NCBI GenBank assembly: GCA_047639475.1 | Contig: JBLIOD010000006.1 | Coordinates: 13,335-77,334 of the forward strand | Reading direction: 5' to 3' | DNA from: Gammaproteobacteria bacterium | GTDB taxonomy: Bacteria > Pseudomonadota > Gammaproteobacteria > Arenicellales > Poriferihabitantaceae | Length of the DNA: 64,000 nucleotides | Translations under genes and position numbers: made by a program | Shown here: positions 1 to 9,778 of the stretch, piece by piece | Layout of the letters: every line of letters starts with the position of its first letter | Position numbering within the stretch: the stretch's first letter is position 1 | The notes under the pieces: model-generated | What the model was told of the DNA's origin: nothing | The model's input: the letters and a program-made list of their open reading frames with translations, nothing else | Databases searched by the model: none

Positions 1-627
1 AATATAGACCTCACTGCTATCCCATGGCATGTCGGGGTGGTTCCACTGAAACCAAGCCAGTTTTTTGCCATCCTTCGAGATGACAGGACAAGCATAGAAA
101 TCTGCTCCCGAAACCAGTACTTGCGGATCGTTACTGGCAAGTGATAGGTTGATTAAAGTAATACAATTGAGATTCTCCTTATCTCCTAGCAATTCTTGCA
201 CAGCGACCAAGGCCTTGCCACTTTCAGATACCGATATATCGGCGTAGCCTATTGAGCCCTCTACTGGCTGGCACAGTAGTAACACCTCACAAGGCAAAGG
301 TGATTTTAGTTGATCTACATTAGGCAAGCGCTGCGCATAAATAAGCCCATCGCTATAATTGTTGAAATAAACCGTGTCTTGATAAACACAAAAAGCTTTA
401 CCGCCATACTCATGTACGGCCGTTCGAATTTGATAAGGACTGGGCGTAATCACGCGATCTTGCTCAGCGTGCTGCGTGACAACGGCCAAACGGCCTTTGT
501 CCTGGGTTAACGATTCAAGCCAATAAATCTGTCCACTTGAATGATAAAACGGATAAGCCGGCGCTCCTTGCCGGCTAAATATTTGTTGAGGCGTGACAGG
601 GCTACGCCATAGCGATGGCTCAGTCAT
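1..627 (-). CDS. S9-family (prolyl oligopeptidase / acylaminoacyl-peptidase-like) serine peptidase, N-terminal beta-propeller part; 3' end lies outside the window
   Basis: An open minus-strand frame runs from the ATG at 625-627 to the window edge. It is not in the ORF track because no stop lies inside the window. My translation is MTEPSLWRSPVTPQQIFSRQGAPAYPFYHSSGQIYWLESL...RTAVHEYGGKAFCV...KLAWFQWNHPDMPWDSSEVYI, which resembles the N-termini of S9 peptidases. The catalytic domain is not visible. Confidence 0.5.
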   Translation of the reverse strand, partial: MTEPSLWRSPVTPQQIFSRQGAPAYPFYHSSGQIYWLESLTQDKGRLAVVTQHAEQDRVITPSPYQIRTAVHEYGGKAFCVYQDTVYFNNYSDGLIYAQRLPNVDQLKSPLPCEVLLLCQPVEGSIGYADISVSESGKALVAVQELLGDKENLNCITLINLSLASNDPQVLVSGADFYACPVISKDGKKLAWFQWNHPDMPWDSSEVYI

Positions 628-655
628 GCCTCGGTCGACCTTGCATCAATAATGA

Positions 656-1537
656 CTAGGCATTAAGCACCGATTGCATTAATTCGCCTATCTTCGCTGG
701 GTTTTCAGTAACGTGAACGCCTGCATTTTGTAAGGCTTTGATTTTTTCTTCAGCCGTTCCTTTACCACCAGCAATAATCGCCCCTGCATGCCCCATACGT
801 TTACCTGGAGGCGCCGTGACACCCGCAATAAAACCCACTACTGGCTTGGTCATATTTTGAGCAATCCAGTCAGCGCACTCTTCTTCGTCGCTGCCGCCGA
901 TTTCTCCGCATAAAACCACCCCTTCAGTGTCAGGGTCATCGTTAAACATCTTCATCACGTCGAGGTGCTTTAATCCGTTAACAGGATCGCCGCCAATGCC
1001 AACGCAAGTGGATTGCCCTAACCCTAAACCGGTTAATTGATGTACTACCTCATAAGTTAGCGTACCTGAACGCGATACCACGCCAATTTTACCCTTCTTA
1101 TGAATATAGCCCGGCATGATGCCTATTTTTAGCTCTTCTGGGGTGATAACACCCGGGCAGTTTGGCCCAATTAAAATCGTATTGCTGTCACGAAGGCGAT
1201 GACTGGTCGCGATCATATCGCGCACCGGAATACCTTCAGTAATGCAGATAACCAATTCAATTTCAGCTTTCACGGCCTCGTCAATCGCAGCAGCCGCGTA
1301 AGGAGGGGGCACGTATATGACCGAGACGTTACAACCGGTTTCTTGCTTGGCTTCAGCAACAGAATTGTAAACCGGCACGTTCTCTACCATTTGACCGCCT
1401 TTGCCTGGCGTAACGCCAGCAACGTAAGCTTTGCTACCAAAGGCATATTCAATACTGTGCTTGGTATGAAAGGCGCCAGTGTTACCCGTAATACCTTGGG
1501 TTAAAACTTTCGAGTTTTTGTCTATTAATATTGCCAT
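656..1537 (-). CDS. sucD: succinate--CoA ligase subunit alpha
   Basis: [18 protein letters not shown]..., [10 protein letters not shown] and SRSGTLTYE motifs. The start was trimmed to the ATG at 1535-1537, which sits 1 nt after the sucC stop. Confidence 0.95.
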   Translation of the reverse strand: MAILIDKNSKVLTQGITGNTGAFHTKHSIEYAFGSKAYVAGVTPGKGGQMVENVPVYNSVAEAKQETGCNVSVIYVPPPYAAAAIDEAVKAEIELVICITEGIPVRDMIATSHRLRDSNTILIGPNCPGVITPEELKIGIMPGYIHKKGKIGVVSRSGTLTYEVVHQLTGLGLGQSTCVGIGGDPVNGLKHLDVMKMFNDDPDTEGVVLCGEIGGSDEEECADWIAQNMTKPVVGFIAGVTAPPGKRMGHAGAIIAGGKGTAEEKIKALQNAGVHVTENPAKIGELMQSVLNA

Positions 1538-1538
1538 G

Positions 1539-2699
1539 TTATTGTACCGCCGCCACTGCTTTTTTAGCTGCATCAGACATGGTGGTTGCCACTGTCAATG
1601 CGATGCCAGAGTCTTTTAGAATTTGTCTGCCTTTGTCTACATTGGTACCTTCCAATCGAACAATAAGCGGTATTGACAAGCCTACTTCGGTCGCCGCTTG
1701 CACCAAACCCTCAGCAATAACATCACAGCGCATAATGCCGCCAAAGATATTCACCATAATGGCTTTCACTTGCGGCGTAGACAACATAATCTTAAATGCG
1801 CCCGTCACTTGCTCTGCCGTTGCGCCGCCGCCTACATCCAGAAAGTTAGCAGGTTCGCTACCGTAGAGTTTTATGATATCCATGGTAGCCATGGCTAGGC
1901 CCGCGCCATTGACCAGGCAGCCGATACTGCCATCTAAGGCAATATAATTTAAACCGTATTCTGATGCGCGTATCTCGTTGGGATCTTCTTCATCAGTATC
2001 GCGAAGCTCCGCCCAGTTTGGGTGTCGAAAATCCGCGTTATCATCAAAATTAACTTTTGCATCCAACGCGATGACTTCACCCTTACCCGTGACGACTAAC
2101 GGGTTAATTTCCATCAAGGAAGCGTCTTCTTCCATGAATGCTTGATATAGCTTCAATAGCATATCAGCAGCCTCAGCCGTTGAGGCTTCGGGAATACCGA
2201 TATCTCGACTCATTTGAGCCGCTTCATCACGGCTTAGTCCTTCTGATGGATCTATGAAAACTTTAAATATCTTCTCGGGAGTATCGTGCGCCACTTCTTC
2301 AATCTCAGTGCCGCCTTCAGAACTGCCCATTAAGGTTACGCAGCGACGAGAACGGTCTACCACCAAACCTAAATAAAGCTCTTGGGCTATATCTGCACCT
2401 TCTTCTATATATAAGCGCCTCACTTCTTGACCTTCTGGACCCGTTTGTGGAGTAATCAGCGTTTTGCCTAAGATCTCTGTCGAGTATTCACGCAGCTCAT
2501 CTCTGCCTCTCGCTAGTTTGACGCCGCCTGCTTTCCCTCGACCGCCTGCATGAATTTGTGCCTTTACTACCCAGAAATCGCCGCCCAATGTGTCACCTGC
2601 TTGCATTGCTTCTTCAACGCTAAAACAGGGAACGCCACCAGGAGTACGTATGCCATATTCACGTAAACGCGCTTTGGCTTGATACTCATGAATTTTCAT
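1539..2699 (-). CDS. sucC: ADP-forming succinate--CoA ligase subunit beta
   Basis: [17 protein letters not shown]... is the canonical SucC N-terminus, with an ATP-grasp region. The gene is tightly coupled to sucD. The start was trimmed from 2744 to 2699. Confidence 0.95.
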   Translation of the reverse strand: MKIHEYQAKARLREYGIRTPGGVPCFSVEEAMQAGDTLGGDFWVVKAQIHAGGRGKAGGVKLARGRDELREYSTEILGKTLITPQTGPEGQEVRRLYIEEGADIAQELYLGLVVDRSRRCVTLMGSSEGGTEIEEVAHDTPEKIFKVFIDPSEGLSRDEAAQMSRDIGIPEASTAEAADMLLKLYQAFMEEDASLMEINPLVVTGKGEVIALDAKVNFDDNADFRHPNWAELRDTDEEDPNEIRASEYGLNYIALDGSIGCLVNGAGLAMATMDIIKLYGSEPANFLDVGGGATAEQVTGAFKIMLSTPQVKAIMVNIFGGIMRCDVIAEGLVQAATEVGLSIPLIVRLEGTNVDKGRQILKDSGIALTVATTMSDAAKKAVAAVQ

Positions 2700-2872
2700 T
2701 TGATATTGAAAGTGATATTCGAGCGGATATTGGAACACAGCCACCGATGTTTCTCAACAGCTGTACCAAAAAAGAACCTATATTTCTAAAGCAGGCTCAT
2801 TAGTTTTCTGAAAGTGCCGCCTTTTTTAGCCGACACAGGGTTCAGCGGCCCCCTATGTCCATTATTTTAAAG

Positions 2873-3103
2873 CTACGCTTTCTTCATTAAAAAATGAAAT
2901 TCAGATCCTTCTTCGCTATTACTTAGCAATTCATTGCCGGTTTGCGAAGAGAAAGCTTCAAAGTCTTTCACCGAACCAGGATCTGTTGATACGATTTTCA
3001 ATATCTCTCCTTCGGTCATCCCATTAAGTGCTTTCTTCGCACGTAAGATTGGCAATGGGCAGTTTAAGCCCCGAGCATCTAATTCTTGGTCAAAATCAGC
3101 CAT
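2873..3103 (-). CDS. tusA: TusA/SirA-family sulfurtransferase (sulfur carrier)
   Basis: 76 aa with the LDARGLNCPLPILRAKKAL motif (conserved Cys-Pro-x-Pro). Confidence 0.85.
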   Translation of the reverse strand: MADFDQELDARGLNCPLPILRAKKALNGMTEGEILKIVSTDPGSVKDFEAFSSQTGNELLSNSEEGSEFHFLMKKA

Positions 3104-3301
3104 TTAGTTTTCCTAGTTAATTCACTTAAAGTTCACGCATTAGAACGTACCATTAGGGCATTATGACTTCAGTTCAGCAATATTAAAGAACTAATTGCAT
3201 CATTCTCAGTCATACAACAAAACCACACTCTGTGGCCTTTATGCGCCCAATGAGTATATTTGAAACACCCTGATTAGTAAAACTCGAGCGAGCACCTAGG
3301 C

Positions 3302-4786
3302 ATGATATTTTTCAAGAATTTTAAAATTAAATTAACCAGTTGGCTGATCGTTTCGATGTTAATCGGTATACCCTTTTTTTCATACCCCACTACAGCAGAA
3401 AACCTACCCGAATTGAATGACAGTGCCAGCCAAGCACTTAACGCACAAGATGAACTGATCTTAGGAAAAAGGCTAATGGCCGATGCGCGAGCGCGCTTGA
3501 ACCTCATTGACGACCCTATCCTAGAAAGTTACATCAAGGCATTAACACATCAACTTGCTGTTCACAGCAGCCGCACTTTGCCTGACATAAATATTAGTAT
3601 CGCATTAAATCCAATTATCAACGCCTTTGCTGCACCGGGCGGGCAGATTGCTATAAACACCGGCTTACTCACAGCTACCCAATCAGAGGGAGAGTTTGCC
3701 TCGGTAATCGCCCACGAGATCAGTCATCACAGTCAACGACACATTCCTCGTATGTTAGAGAATGCCAAAAAGGCCAGTTTGCCTTCCACCGCTGCGGTGT
3801 TGGGTGGTTTGTTGATTGGCGGTCAGGTGGGTATCGCTACCATTGCTACAGTACGTGCTGCAGTTCTTTCCAATCGACTCGCCTACAGCCGAGGCTATGA
3901 GCAAGAAGCAGATGCAGCGGGCATGAAACTATTGGCTAAAGCCGGTTTTGATCCAACCCAAATGCCTACTTTTTTTGAGCGACTCGAAAAACAAAGCCAG
4001 ATTCAGGGGGGCGAAGGGCCAGAGTTTTTACGAACCCACCCCTTATCTGGCAACCGTATTGCTGAGGCCCATTCGCGGGTAAAGTCATTAAATCTATTTG
4101 TAGAAGACCGCGCTGAGCTAAGTACCTTGCTTAATTTTGAACTGGCTCAAAACAGAGCGATTGCCCTATACGGCGAACCACTAGATAAAATCACAGACAC
4201 ATTTAAGTCAGCATTAAAGCTAGCCGACAAAGACAGTCGCTTCGCTCCCGCTTATGGATTGTCTTTGGCCTATTTACGAAGTGGTGACACTCAGCTCGCT
4301 GCGCAAAGCATAGACCAGAGTTTTGCTAACGAGGCTCAACATGACTTAGCCATGCTCACTCAAGCAGAAATTGCGATAAAAGACGACAACAAACCCGCCG
4401 CAATCGGTTTGCTAGATAAACTTATTGTTAAACACCCAAAAAACTTGGCTGTTGGATTAACCCGCGCACGTACACTGAAACGCATGGGCCGATTAGATGA
4501 CGCCTTTCAGCAGGCTCGGAAAATGATGCGTACGTTTCCAGACCAACCGCAAGCTAAGCTGTTGCTTGCAGACATTGCAGGCGCTGATGGAAATTTGGCA
4601 CAAGCCGCGTTCCATAAATCTGAGTTTTACTATAACTTAGGCCACTATAAGAAAGCCGCACGCGTTCTCACCCCATACGCTTCACTACAATCTGACGACA
4701 TTTCAAACTACTTGGCTTCCAGTATAAAGGACCTGCAACATCAAATCAGTCAAGCAGACGCCAGAGCCACCGCGCTAAAATTATAG
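3302..4786 (+). CDS. M48-family metalloprotease with C-terminal TPR region (BepA/YfgC-like)
   Basis: Signal or TM N-terminus, HExxH zinc motif (AHEISHHSQRH), and a TPR-like C-terminal half. Confidence 0.8.
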   Translation: MIFFKNFKIKLTSWLIVSMLIGIPFFSYPTTAENLPELNDSASQALNAQDELILGKRLMADARARLNLIDDPILESYIKALTHQLAVHSSRTLPDINISIALNPIINAFAAPGGQIAINTGLLTATQSEGEFASVIAHEISHHSQRHIPRMLENAKKASLPSTAAVLGGLLIGGQVGIATIATVRAAVLSNRLAYSRGYEQEADAAGMKLLAKAGFDPTQMPTFFERLEKQSQIQGGEGPEFLRTHPLSGNRIAEAHSRVKSLNLFVEDRAELSTLLNFELAQNRAIALYGEPLDKITDTFKSALKLADKDSRFAPAYGLSLAYLRSGDTQLAAQSIDQSFANEAQHDLAMLTQAEIAIKDDNKPAAIGLLDKLIVKHPKNLAVGLTRARTLKRMGRLDDAFQQARKMMRTFPDQPQAKLLLADIAGADGNLAQAAFHKSEFYYNLGHYKKAARVLTPYASLQSDDISNYLASSIKDLQHQISQADARATALKL

Positions 4787-4952
4787 TTCCTCTTCCCTTA
4801 GCGTTACTTGGAAGTCTCATTGCGATTAGTGAATCCTCATATTGCACTGACACTCACTTTTGTATATCCTGTTTCCATACGGTGAATAGACTGACAAAAA
4901 TTTTTTACTCTGCTTGCCAAAAACTTGACTAAATCTCATTTGGAGGAAAACT

Positions 4953-5372
4953 ATGCGCGCGAATCGCATTCTCTCTTTGGTTGCTACCGCCTTGCTAATA
5001 GGTGCCAGTGCAAGCTTTTCTAGCCTATCTATTGCGGATACTTTGCCTACAGAGAAAGGCTGCAAAAAAGTAGCGGACCCCAGCGAAGTCATTCAAGGTT
5101 GGTGCTTGGCCATTACTCGCAAAAAAGGTAACTGTTTGGCTTGTCACAATATGGTCGTAACTGGTTGGCCCAAAGACCTGGCCACCGGCGGCAATATAGC
5201 GCCGCCTCTGGTCGCCATGAAAGCCCGTTTCCCGGACAAAGAAAAATTACGTGCACAAATTTACGACGCAACGGCTAAAAACCCAGACTCAATGATGCCA
5301 CCTTTTGGTGCGCACGGCATACTCAACGATAAGCAAATAGACAAAATCGTCAACTTCTTACTGACCATTTAG
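4953..5372 (+). CDS. soxX: sulfur-oxidation c-type cytochrome SoxX
   Basis: Signal peptide, single heme motif GNCLACHN, SD-like GGAGGA upstream, and position immediately 5' of soxYZA. Confidence 0.85.
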   Translation: MRANRILSLVATALLIGASASFSSLSIADTLPTEKGCKKVADPSEVIQGWCLAITRKKGNCLACHNMVVTGWPKDLATGGNIAPPLVAMKARFPDKEKLRAQIYDATAKNPDSMMPPFGAHGILNDKQIDKIVNFLLTI

Positions 5373-5429
5373 GTTGACCTTACTATCATAAAATAGCCCA
5401 TTAACACCACACCGTTAACGAGAAACATC

Positions 5430-5894
5430 ATGAAACGTCGAAGCTTTTTACAAGGCGCTATCGCCACTAGCACTCTGTCCACTCTCGCCAGTGCAGGCTT
5501 ACTAATACCGCAGGCAGTACTAGCAGCCAACTACCCTGCTGCTGCATTTGATACTGAGAATAGTGCAACAGCGGTAAGCAATCTCTTCGGGTCAACTGAC
5601 GCCGCTGACAGTGCCAACATTACGCTCAAGGCACCTGAAGTTGCTGAAAATGGTGCAGTAGTCCCGATCAAGGTAAGCACCAATGGCCCGACTGAAATGA
5701 TCGCGGTGGTAGTAGAGGAAAACCCTCGACCATTGGTTATGTCTGCCACCTTCGGAGAAGGCGCCAGCGGATATCTTAGCGGCCGCATCAAAATGGGGAA
5801 AACCTCAAAGGTGGTGGCGTACGCCAAGATGAATGGCCAAGTGGTTAAAACGATGGCTGAAGTTAAAGTGACAGCAGGCGGCTGCGGTGGTTAA
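5430..5894 (+). CDS. soxY: thiosulfate-oxidation carrier protein SoxY
   Basis: Twin-arginine signal MKRRSFLQG and the diagnostic C-terminal GGCGG carrier-cysteine motif. Confidence 0.95.
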   Translation: MKRRSFLQGAIATSTLSTLASAGLLIPQAVLAANYPAAAFDTENSATAVSNLFGSTDAADSANITLKAPEVAENGAVVPIKVSTNGPTEMIAVVVEENPRPLVMSATFGEGASGYLSGRIKMGKTSKVVAYAKMNGQVVKTMAEVKVTAGGCGG

Positions 5895-5952
5895 CACTGT
5901 TAACCTCTATTAATACCGTTTAGTTACCCATTAACCTAACCGAAAAATCAAC

Positions 5953-6261
5953 ATGAGCACCAAGATAAAAATTAAGCAAAAACCCGAAGGGCACGACGTC
6001 TTAGTACTGACTAAACACCCTATGGAAACCGGTCAGCGGGTTGACAAGAATTCCGGTGAAATCGTGCCCGCCCACCACATTACCTCAATGCTGTTTGCGG
6101 TCAACGGGACTCAGATAACTGAGGTTTCGTTAAGCCGTGGCACCTCCGCCAATCCGTTGGTCGCCATAAACTTGCAAAATTTAACTTCGGGAGACACGGT
6201 CTCTGTTTCGTGGGTCGATAACCTTGATGGCAGCGGCGCCGCTGAAGCTACCGTTAAATAA
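5953..6261 (+). CDS. soxZ: thiosulfate-oxidation carrier complex protein SoxZ
   Basis: 102 aa, SoxZ-like sequence (KHPMETGQR...PAHHI...), directly after soxY. Confidence 0.9.
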   Translation: MSTKIKIKQKPEGHDVLVLTKHPMETGQRVDKNSGEIVPAHHITSMLFAVNGTQITEVSLSRGTSANPLVAINLQNLTSGDTVSVSWVDNLDGSGAAEATVK

Positions 6262-6341
6262 CTTATTCTAAATTGAAAAACGAATTCGCAAACTCAAGAC
6301 CATAATTGAACATAGTGTTAACAAATGCTGAGGGAAAAACA

Positions 6342-7202
6342 ATGAGAAAACTAATCACCGCCCTAGTCACCACTGGCTTAGTTGCTGTAATCGGCGCAAG
6401 CCAAGCAACCCCGTCTATTCAAGAAGTTCGCTCAGACATCGAGGCATTTCAAAGCTACTTCCAAAACAAGTTTCCCAGCCTAAGCCTTGAGGATTATAAA
6501 GACGGGGTAAACGCACTACCCCAATACGCCCATAGACGGGCTAACTGGGAAGGTTTAATGGACTTCCCTCCTTTTGAGGAATTAGCCGAGCAAGGTGTAG
6601 AAGAATGGTCAACCCCATTTGCTAATGGCGCCACATACGATGATTGCTTTTCAGGCAAACCGGCCGGTAACCAGTATCCTTACGTGGATAGCGACGGTGC
6701 TTTACACACTATTGAAACCGATATTCGCGATTGCTTGAAAAACAACGGCGAAGAAGGCATGAAGGGTAATAGTCAAAAAATGGCCCGATTAACTATCGCC
6801 TATAAAATGCGAGCCAACGGACAGCCGGTGGATATTGATTACTCTTCAGAAACCATGCGTAATTACTACGAAAAAGGCCGCCAATTTTACTGGGCAAAAC
6901 GCGGCCAACTTAACTTTTCCTGTGCTGATTGCCATGTACTTAACGCTGGCAACCAAGTGCGCGGTGATGTACTAAGCGCAGCTTTAGGCCACGGCACGGG
7001 CTTTCCCGTCTACCGTAGTAAATGGGGCGCTAACAGCGGCAAAAAACCATTGGGCACCCTACATCGACGTTATAGCGGTTGTAACAAACAAGTGCGTGCT
7101 AAGAACTTTAAGGCCCTAGGAGAAGAATATCTCGCAGTGGAGGTTTATGAAACCATCATGAGCATGGGTGTACCGATTGAGGTACCTAGCCAGCGGCAAT
7201 AG
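6342..7202 (+). CDS. soxA: L-cysteine S-thiosulfotransferase subunit SoxA (monoheme type)
   Basis: Signal peptide, a single CxxCH (FSCADCH), and the Cys-ligand region RRYSGCN. The ATG at 6342 is preceded by GAGGGA. The track start at 6306 is a TTG. Confidence 0.9.
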   Translation: MRKLITALVTTGLVAVIGASQATPSIQEVRSDIEAFQSYFQNKFPSLSLEDYKDGVNALPQYAHRRANWEGLMDFPPFEELAEQGVEEWSTPFANGATYDDCFSGKPAGNQYPYVDSDGALHTIETDIRDCLKNNGEEGMKGNSQKMARLTIAYKMRANGQPVDIDYSSETMRNYYEKGRQFYWAKRGQLNFSCADCHVLNAGNQVRGDVLSAALGHGTGFPVYRSKWGANSGKKPLGTLHRRYSGCNKQVRAKNFKALGEEYLAVEVYETIMSMGVPIEVPSQRQ

Positions 7203-7226
7203 CAGCACAAGTTCAACCCAAACGAT

Positions 7227-7252
7227 AAAAACCAGCCTAAAGGCTGGTTTTT
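7227..7252. terminator. bidirectional intrinsic terminator hairpin between soxA and the convergent gene
   Basis: aaaaaccagcc-taaa-ggctggttttt: a perfect inverted repeat with an A-run and a T-run on either side. It overlaps the stop codon of the minus-strand ORF. Confidence 0.6.
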
Positions 7253-8042
7253 AATAATTCTGAATGGTTGGAATCCCCACGTTAACGCTACTAGTATCCT
7301 TCTTTACGCCTCTACCAAAACACAATTCAATTTCAATGGTTAACACATTCTCGGCTTTGAGTTGGGCTTCTAACCGAGCAATTATTCGTTGATAAATGCC
7401 CTTGGGCATTAAACCCCTACGGCGATCAGCGTGAAAATTTGCGCCGTCGATTAACTTGGCATCCTTGATTAGTTTCTCCACGGAAGTGTATTCCAAATTG
7501 ACACGCTCTGAATCTAGCACCACGTTACTCAAGCCCAGTCCCGCTATGTGATCACCCACATCCGACATCGCATACTTAGGTTGAAAGTGAGGTTTAGAAT
7601 CTTCACTAGCAATCAAATCGGCTAAACTTAAGGTGGTATTTTCACCATAGAAAGAAAAAAATAATTCCCCGCTTGGCTTTATGGAATCAATCGCCTGTGG
7701 CAGTAGTGCATTCGGATCAAACCAATCAATCAGGTGCGAACAAACGACCGTATCAACTGGGACAAAATTTTCCAGGCAGCCTATCGAATCAAGTTTTGCT
7801 AGTGGAAATTGATTAACGATCTCATAGCTGCCCTTCATTGCGTCATACAGCTGGTTCGAACTCGGCCCTAAAATGAGCGCAGAGCTATCTCTAGACTTCC
7901 CTGCGCTGCCTCCTAGACCGCGAGCAATACGGCTATGCATCAAGTCATCACTATAGGTTCTGAGGAAATCCTGTTCCTGGAGCGGTTTTAACTTGCTTAG
8001 CCGGCTCAATCGATTAAGATAAGGTTGTTGCGAGTCGATCAT
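7251..8042 (-). CDS. BioC-like class I methyltransferase-fold protein (SAM motif I looks degenerate)
   Basis: The C-terminal half resembles BioC-type methyltransferases by eye (VCSHLIDWF...LLPQAIDSIKPSGELFFS...ADRRRGLMPKG...). Where motif I (xLDxGxGxG) is expected, the sequence reads ALILGPSSNQ. Confidence 0.4.
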   Translation of the reverse strand: MIDSQQPYLNRLSRLSKLKPLQEQDFLRTYSDDLMHSRIARGLGGSAGKSRDSSALILGPSSNQLYDAMKGSYEIVNQFPLAKLDSIGCLENFVPVDTVVCSHLIDWFDPNALLPQAIDSIKPSGELFFSFYGENTTLSLADLIASEDSKPHFQPKYAMSDVGDHIAGLGLSNVVLDSERVNLEYTSVEKLIKDAKLIDGANFHADRRRGLMPKGIYQRIIARLEAQLKAENVLTIEIELCFGRGVKKDTSSVNVGIPTIQNY

Positions 8043-8071
8043 GGAATCAAGTCACTAAAAGGGAGAGAAAG

Positions 8072-8848
8072 ATGGCACAGTTTAAAGCAATTCAATCGTT
8101 TACCAAAACACTAAAGTCATATTCTAAAGCTACCATACCCACTCTCTGTGCGGTATGCAATCAGTTCTGCAAGGAGCATTGTTGTCAAAGTTGTTATGGC
8201 CATTTTGGGCGCAATTCCATTTGCTGTAACATTTGTGCCGAACCTCTATCAGCAAACTCACTATACAAGTCTGAAAGTGTTAGCAGCGACATGATCTGTG
8301 GCCGATGTCTATCGTCTCCGCCCCAGTATCAGAAGGCCATCTCTCCCTTCTTATACAGTGACGATATTAGAAATCTAATACTTCAATTCAAGTTTTCAGG
8401 CCATCTAAGTTTAGTGGGCTTTTTTGCCGCCGAATTAGCTATAGCTCTCAACAACGAGCTCTCAAAAAGTTGTTTTCCTGATGTAATTATTCCTATCCCC
8501 TTACACGAGGCTCGACTCAAGCAACGGGGTTACAATCAAGCTCACCAACTAGGACATCAATTGGCAAAACGACTCGGAATTCCACTAGACACTCGTTATT
8601 TAAAACGGATAACCCAGGCAGAACCACAAGCAGGTTTAAGCAAGCAAGGCAGGGCCAAAAATATTGAAGGTGCCTTTATCATCTTAAAAGGCAAGGCGCT
8701 TCCAACCACCTACCGACATATCTTGTTAATAGATGATGTGATCACTACCGGGGCGACCATTAACGAAGCGTGTAAAACCTTGGTCCAATGTCAACGTAAT
8801 CATTCAATCACTGTTTGTTCCATCGCTCGATCACTTGCCTTTAACTAG
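8072..8848 (+). CDS. comF: ComF-family protein (phosphoribosyltransferase domain)
   Basis: Cys-rich N-terminal zinc-finger region (CAVCNQ...CNICAEP...CGRC) and the PRTase motif LLIDDVITTGATI. Confidence 0.85.
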   Translation: MAQFKAIQSFTKTLKSYSKATIPTLCAVCNQFCKEHCCQSCYGHFGRNSICCNICAEPLSANSLYKSESVSSDMICGRCLSSPPQYQKAISPFLYSDDIRNLILQFKFSGHLSLVGFFAAELAIALNNELSKSCFPDVIIPIPLHEARLKQRGYNQAHQLGHQLAKRLGIPLDTRYLKRITQAEPQAGLSKQGRAKNIEGAFIILKGKALPTTYRHILLIDDVITTGATINEACKTLVQCQRNHSITVCSIARSLAFN

Positions 8849-8910
8849 AAACTTAACAAACAAAACTGGCTACTACTCTAGACCCTGCATACTTGTGCGA
8901 GCACAAAAAA

Positions 8911-8933
8911 AGGCCCGCAACAAGCGCGGGCCT
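8911..8933. terminator. bidirectional intrinsic terminator between comF and pilA
   Basis: aggcccgc-aacaagc-gcgggcct, an 8-bp GC-rich stem flanked by aaaaaaa upstream and cttttaa downstream. It lies between two convergent genes. Confidence 0.7.
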
Positions 8934-8982
8934 CTTTTAACTGTAAAGCGATAAAAGGCGCTAAGCCCTTTTACTTTACTTT

Positions 8983-9450
8983 TTAAAGCTTACAAATTGA
9001 GGCAGCCCCACAAGTACCGCTTGCTATCCATGATAGCGCGCCATTGGTGCTTGTAGGTGTAAGGATGTAAGTATAGCCAAGGAGAGTATCATCCATTCCT
9101 TCACCCATTACAGCCTGGGCTGTTATTGTTCCTTCAATTCCTGCAACAGCGCTTATTGTAACAGTATCTACAAGCGCGCCGTTTGCTACAGCGACTAAGT
9201 TTACACCCGCTAAAACAGCAGTATCACATGCCCCTCCAAGAACCCCAGACTCTGCGTGACATAATTCTATGGCTAGCTTAACCGGCGCAGTCGCATTGAT
9301 AACTTCTGTAAATTTTGCTCTACCTGTATAGCTCTGGTAAGCCGGTAAGGCAATAGTTGCTAAAATGGCGATGATTGCGATAACGATCAATAATTCGATT
9401 AGGGTAAAACCGCGTTGTACTGCTTTGACGCTCTGTTGTATTTTATTCAT
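8983..9450 (-). CDS. pilA: type IV pilin (PilA-like major pilin)
   Basis: Prepilin cleavage and methylation site ...[20 protein letters not shown], with Cys pairs in the C-terminal half. The gene is divergent from pilBCD. Confidence 0.9.
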   Translation of the reverse strand: MNKIQQSVKAVQRGFTLIELLIVIAIIAILATIALPAYQSYTGRAKFTEVINATAPVKLAIELCHAESGVLGGACDTAVLAGVNLVAVANGALVDTVTISAVAGIEGTITAQAVMGEGMDDTLLGYTYILTPTSTNGALSWIASGTCGAASICKL

Positions 9451-9778
9451 TTTAGATATTCCAAAGTTAATGTTGAGGTGCTTTTTTATACTTCTCTAAA
9501 AGTGATTTAACAACATATGAGCACTTTAGAAGTGATCGAGAATATAGCAAACTGAACCCCATATTTCAAGCAAACAATTTTCATTACATCTGGCTTTATA
9601 CGCCTTTAGTCTACCTTAATCTGCCGAACATCAAGAATAGTGGTTTTCTAATTATCTGGGCATTATGCGGTTAAATATTGCTACACTAACAAGTTAATTA
9701 TCTGATTAATTTGTTAGAATAACAAGCTGGAAGAATACGCAAAATATTAAAATCAGCTGATACACACCTTAAAGCCAT

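Noticed and set aside
310-510. 66-aa plus-strand ORF near the window start.
   Set aside because: It is embedded antisense in the open minus-strand frame that encodes the S9-peptidase N-terminus (1-627). It has no motif or RBS.
1538-2744. N-terminal extensions suggested by the ORF track for sucD, sucC, soxA, coaE, mutT, dadA, truD, tatD, the second SulP gene, dxr and frr.
   Set aside because: In each case a downstream ATG (TTG for coaE) reproduces the canonical family N-terminus or removes an overlap with the upstream gene. The extended versions start at alternative codons with no homology support.
9451-9778. Sigma-54 (GG-N10-GC) promoter and PilR-type sites in the 328-bp pilA/pilB divergent region, plus the AAGTGAT direct repeats at about 9501 and 9531.
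   Set aside because: The best candidate on the pilA strand (aaGCACctcaacATTa) departs too far from TGGCAC-N5-TTGC. The short repeats are within chance expectation for AT-rich DNA. I cannot support a call without a matrix scan.
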